Assembly: GCA_951406725.2 (NCBI GenBank) | Contig: OX597831.1 | Coordinates: 75,640,001-75,704,000 of the forward strand | DNA: 64,000 nucleotides | Origin: Octopus vulgaris | Lineage: Eukaryota | Direction of reading: 5' to 3' | Shown here: in pieces, positions 61,686 to 64,000 of the stretch | Layout: each line of letters begins with the position of its first letter | Position numbering within the stretch: position 1 is the first letter of the stretch | Position numbers and translations under genes: made by a program | The notes under the pieces: generated by a model | Databases searched by the model: none | What the model saw: the letters and a program-made list of their open reading frames with translations, nothing else | Told to the model about the DNA's origin: nothing

Positions 61686-61867
61686 TTCATTATTGATGTC
61701 AGACGAGAGCTGATTGACTAACTTTGTTGTTGTTGTGGCCTCTTCCGTTGTTGCTTCTGTTGTTGTTGTTGTTGTTGTTGTTGTTGGGGAAGCAAAACGT
61801 CAGGCAAAATGTCATCCACTCTTTTGAGTAATATTTATCTCTGTTTTGAGCTCAAATCTGGTAAATA

Positions 61868-62078
61868 TATTTCTTTATTACCCACAAGGGGCTAAACATA
61901 GAGGGGACAAACAAGGACAGACGAAGGGATTAAGTCGATTACATCGACCCCAGTGCGTAACTGGTACTTATTTAATCAACCCCTAAAGGATGAAAGGCAA
62001 AGTCTACCTCGGCGGAATTTGAACTCAGAACGTAACGGCAGACGAAATACGGCTACGCATTTCGCCCGGCGTGCTAAC
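61868..62078 (-). mobile_element. SINE family B
   Basis: High identity to the reverse complement of 57483-57715. Confidence 0.85.
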
Positions 62079-62379
62079 AAGATATATTGTTGAGGCCGAT
62101 ACAGTGTGGGCGCACAAGTCTCGTAATCAGCGCACACTGTCTGCTTACAAACTATCGTCAGTCACCTAAACTAATATAAGAAATAAATAATAATTAGCTG
62201 TAATCAATAAATCTTTCTTTCTACTATAAGCACAAGCCCTGACATTTGGGGAAAGGGCTTAGGCTATTAGATGGACCCCAGTATTCAACTGGTACTTATT
62301 TTATCAACCCCTAAAAAGAGGAAAAGTAAAATCGGCCTCGGCATTTTCAGCTCATTTTGAAAAAGAAGTGATCACCAAA

Positions 62380-62398
62380 CACACACACACACACACGA

Positions 62399-62473
<75 letters not shown>

Positions 62474-62883
62474 CTCATTCTATCTCTTTTTCACACCCAC
62501 CCACTCAAAGACATGCATACACACTCTCAAACACACACGTACTCAAACATACACGCACTCACACTCAAGTTCACACACACACACACAGCACACACACACA
62601 CACACACGCGCGCGCGCGCGTGCACGCACAAACATATTCGCTAGCTCCTCCAAGATCATGAATTTTACCATCCTTCCAATCCGACGTTATATATAAAAGT
62701 TACACTAAGCCTTGTTTATATGATTAATACTGTGTTACTATTAATCACCTCAAGTTAATGAAACGTACGTAAGATACTGCAACGAAATAGTTTATAACCA
62801 GTCCCTTTCGTCTGTTCTTTTGCTTTGTTTGCTCTCTCTCTCCCTCTCGCTGTATACATAAATTCATTCATTCATACATACAT

Positions 62884-62942
<59 letters not shown>

Positions 62943-63082
62943 TGCGTGCGTGCGTGCGTGCATGCATGCATGCATGCATGCATACATACATACATACATA
63001 CATACATACATACATACATACATACATACATACATACATACATACATACATACATACATACATACATAGATACATACATACA

Positions 63083-63110
<28 letters not shown>
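62380..63110. repeat. (CA)n, (CTTT)n, (CATA)n microsatellites
   Basis: Directly visible. Confidence 0.9.
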
Positions 63111-63113
<3 letters not shown>

Positions 63114-63189
63114 TTAATATCTACACTTAACAAAAGCGCTACCAATAGTTTCATGCCTTAACGTACATTAAATTGACAGATTTATATAT

Positions 63190-63421
63190 ATTTCTTTACT
63201 GCCCACAAGGAGCTAAACATAGAGGGGACAAACAAGGACAGACAAAGGGATTAAGTTGATTACATCAACCCCAGTGCGTAACTGGTACTTTATTTAATCG
63301 ACCCCGAAAGGATGAAAGGCAAAGTCGACCTCGGCGGAATTTGAACTCAGAACGTAACGACAGACGAAATACAGCTACGCATTTCGCCCAGCGCGCTAAC
63401 GCTTCTGCCAGCTCGCCGCCC
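63190..63421 (-). mobile_element. SINE family B, full length
   Basis: Ends in GCCAGCTCGCCGCC (the head, on the minus strand). Confidence 0.9.
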
Positions 63422-64000
63422 TATATATAACATGCCACATATTGCTAGGATTTCAGGCTTTGTTCATAATGTTATATTTTCAAAATACCAGGACGCTGAA
63501 CTATGAGAAAACATGACAAAAGAAAACAAAAAACAAAACAAAAAAAAGCAAGGAGAAAGACGCGAAGAAGGTTGAGACAAAAAGTGGAACGAACAGAAGG
63601 AAACGAATAGAAAACCAAAATATTCGTTGCTTTGAGAGTAGGGACCATAATTAATGAGGCTGGAGCCGACGAATAAAACAGAAAGGTGACTAAAGTCTAT
63701 GAGATGGCTACGCAATCCAGAATGGGTGGGATCTTCCAGTTCAAGGAAAGTGCGTTCTGTAAAAACTCTACGGTCCTGTGTGCCTGCGAGGCACAGAAGG
63801 AGCAGCGTTGCAAGATATGAAGGACGGCAATACTGTCTGAAGATTGAAGAGAGAAGCAAAAGAATTAAATGCAGAGAGAAATCTCTTTGTTGAGCTTCGT
63901 TAGAAAGGTCCTCACTTGTGGAGGCCGTAAAGGAATTGTGAAAAACTGTCGAGAAAGCTCTGACTTTGCTTTCAGTCATTGGGTTAAGGGTTATATATAC

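Noticed and set aside
46735-63160. Long homopolymeric ORFs (poly-G/H/V/M/I/K/P/T)
   Set aside because: They are translations of microsatellites, with no splice or homology support.
63464-63979. 171-aa minus-strand ORF at the window end
   Set aside because: No recognisable domain and partly low-complexity.

Overview
Eukaryotic, AT-rich, repeat-dense window, most consistent with an Octopus (coleoid cephalopod) genome; the organism is inferred from the repeat landscape, not proven. One host gene is supported: LAS1L, the HEPN endoribonuclease of pre-rRNA ITS2 processing. Twelve + strand coding exons (5741-37642) splice in frame with consistent phases to about 450 aa; the first exon(s) lie upstream of the window. 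The rest is mostly mobile DNA and simple repeats: an intact-ORF RTE-clade LINE with a PHD-type finger inserted in its RT region plus about 20 3'-end fragments, at least three tRNA-headed SINE families, CR1 and R4/Dong LINE remnants, Tc1/mariner, hAT and piggyBac-type elements, and Penelope-like elements (one Naiad-type GIY-YIG). The most interesting signals are RNA-structural: minimal hammerhead ribozyme motifs (several with a CCGANGA core variant, two forming a 146-bp palindrome in a LAS1L intron), an inverted tRNA-headed element with a hammerhead-like tail, and tandem pseudoknot-like modules in the RTE 3' UTR. All coordinates were read by eye, and repeat boundaries are approximate.
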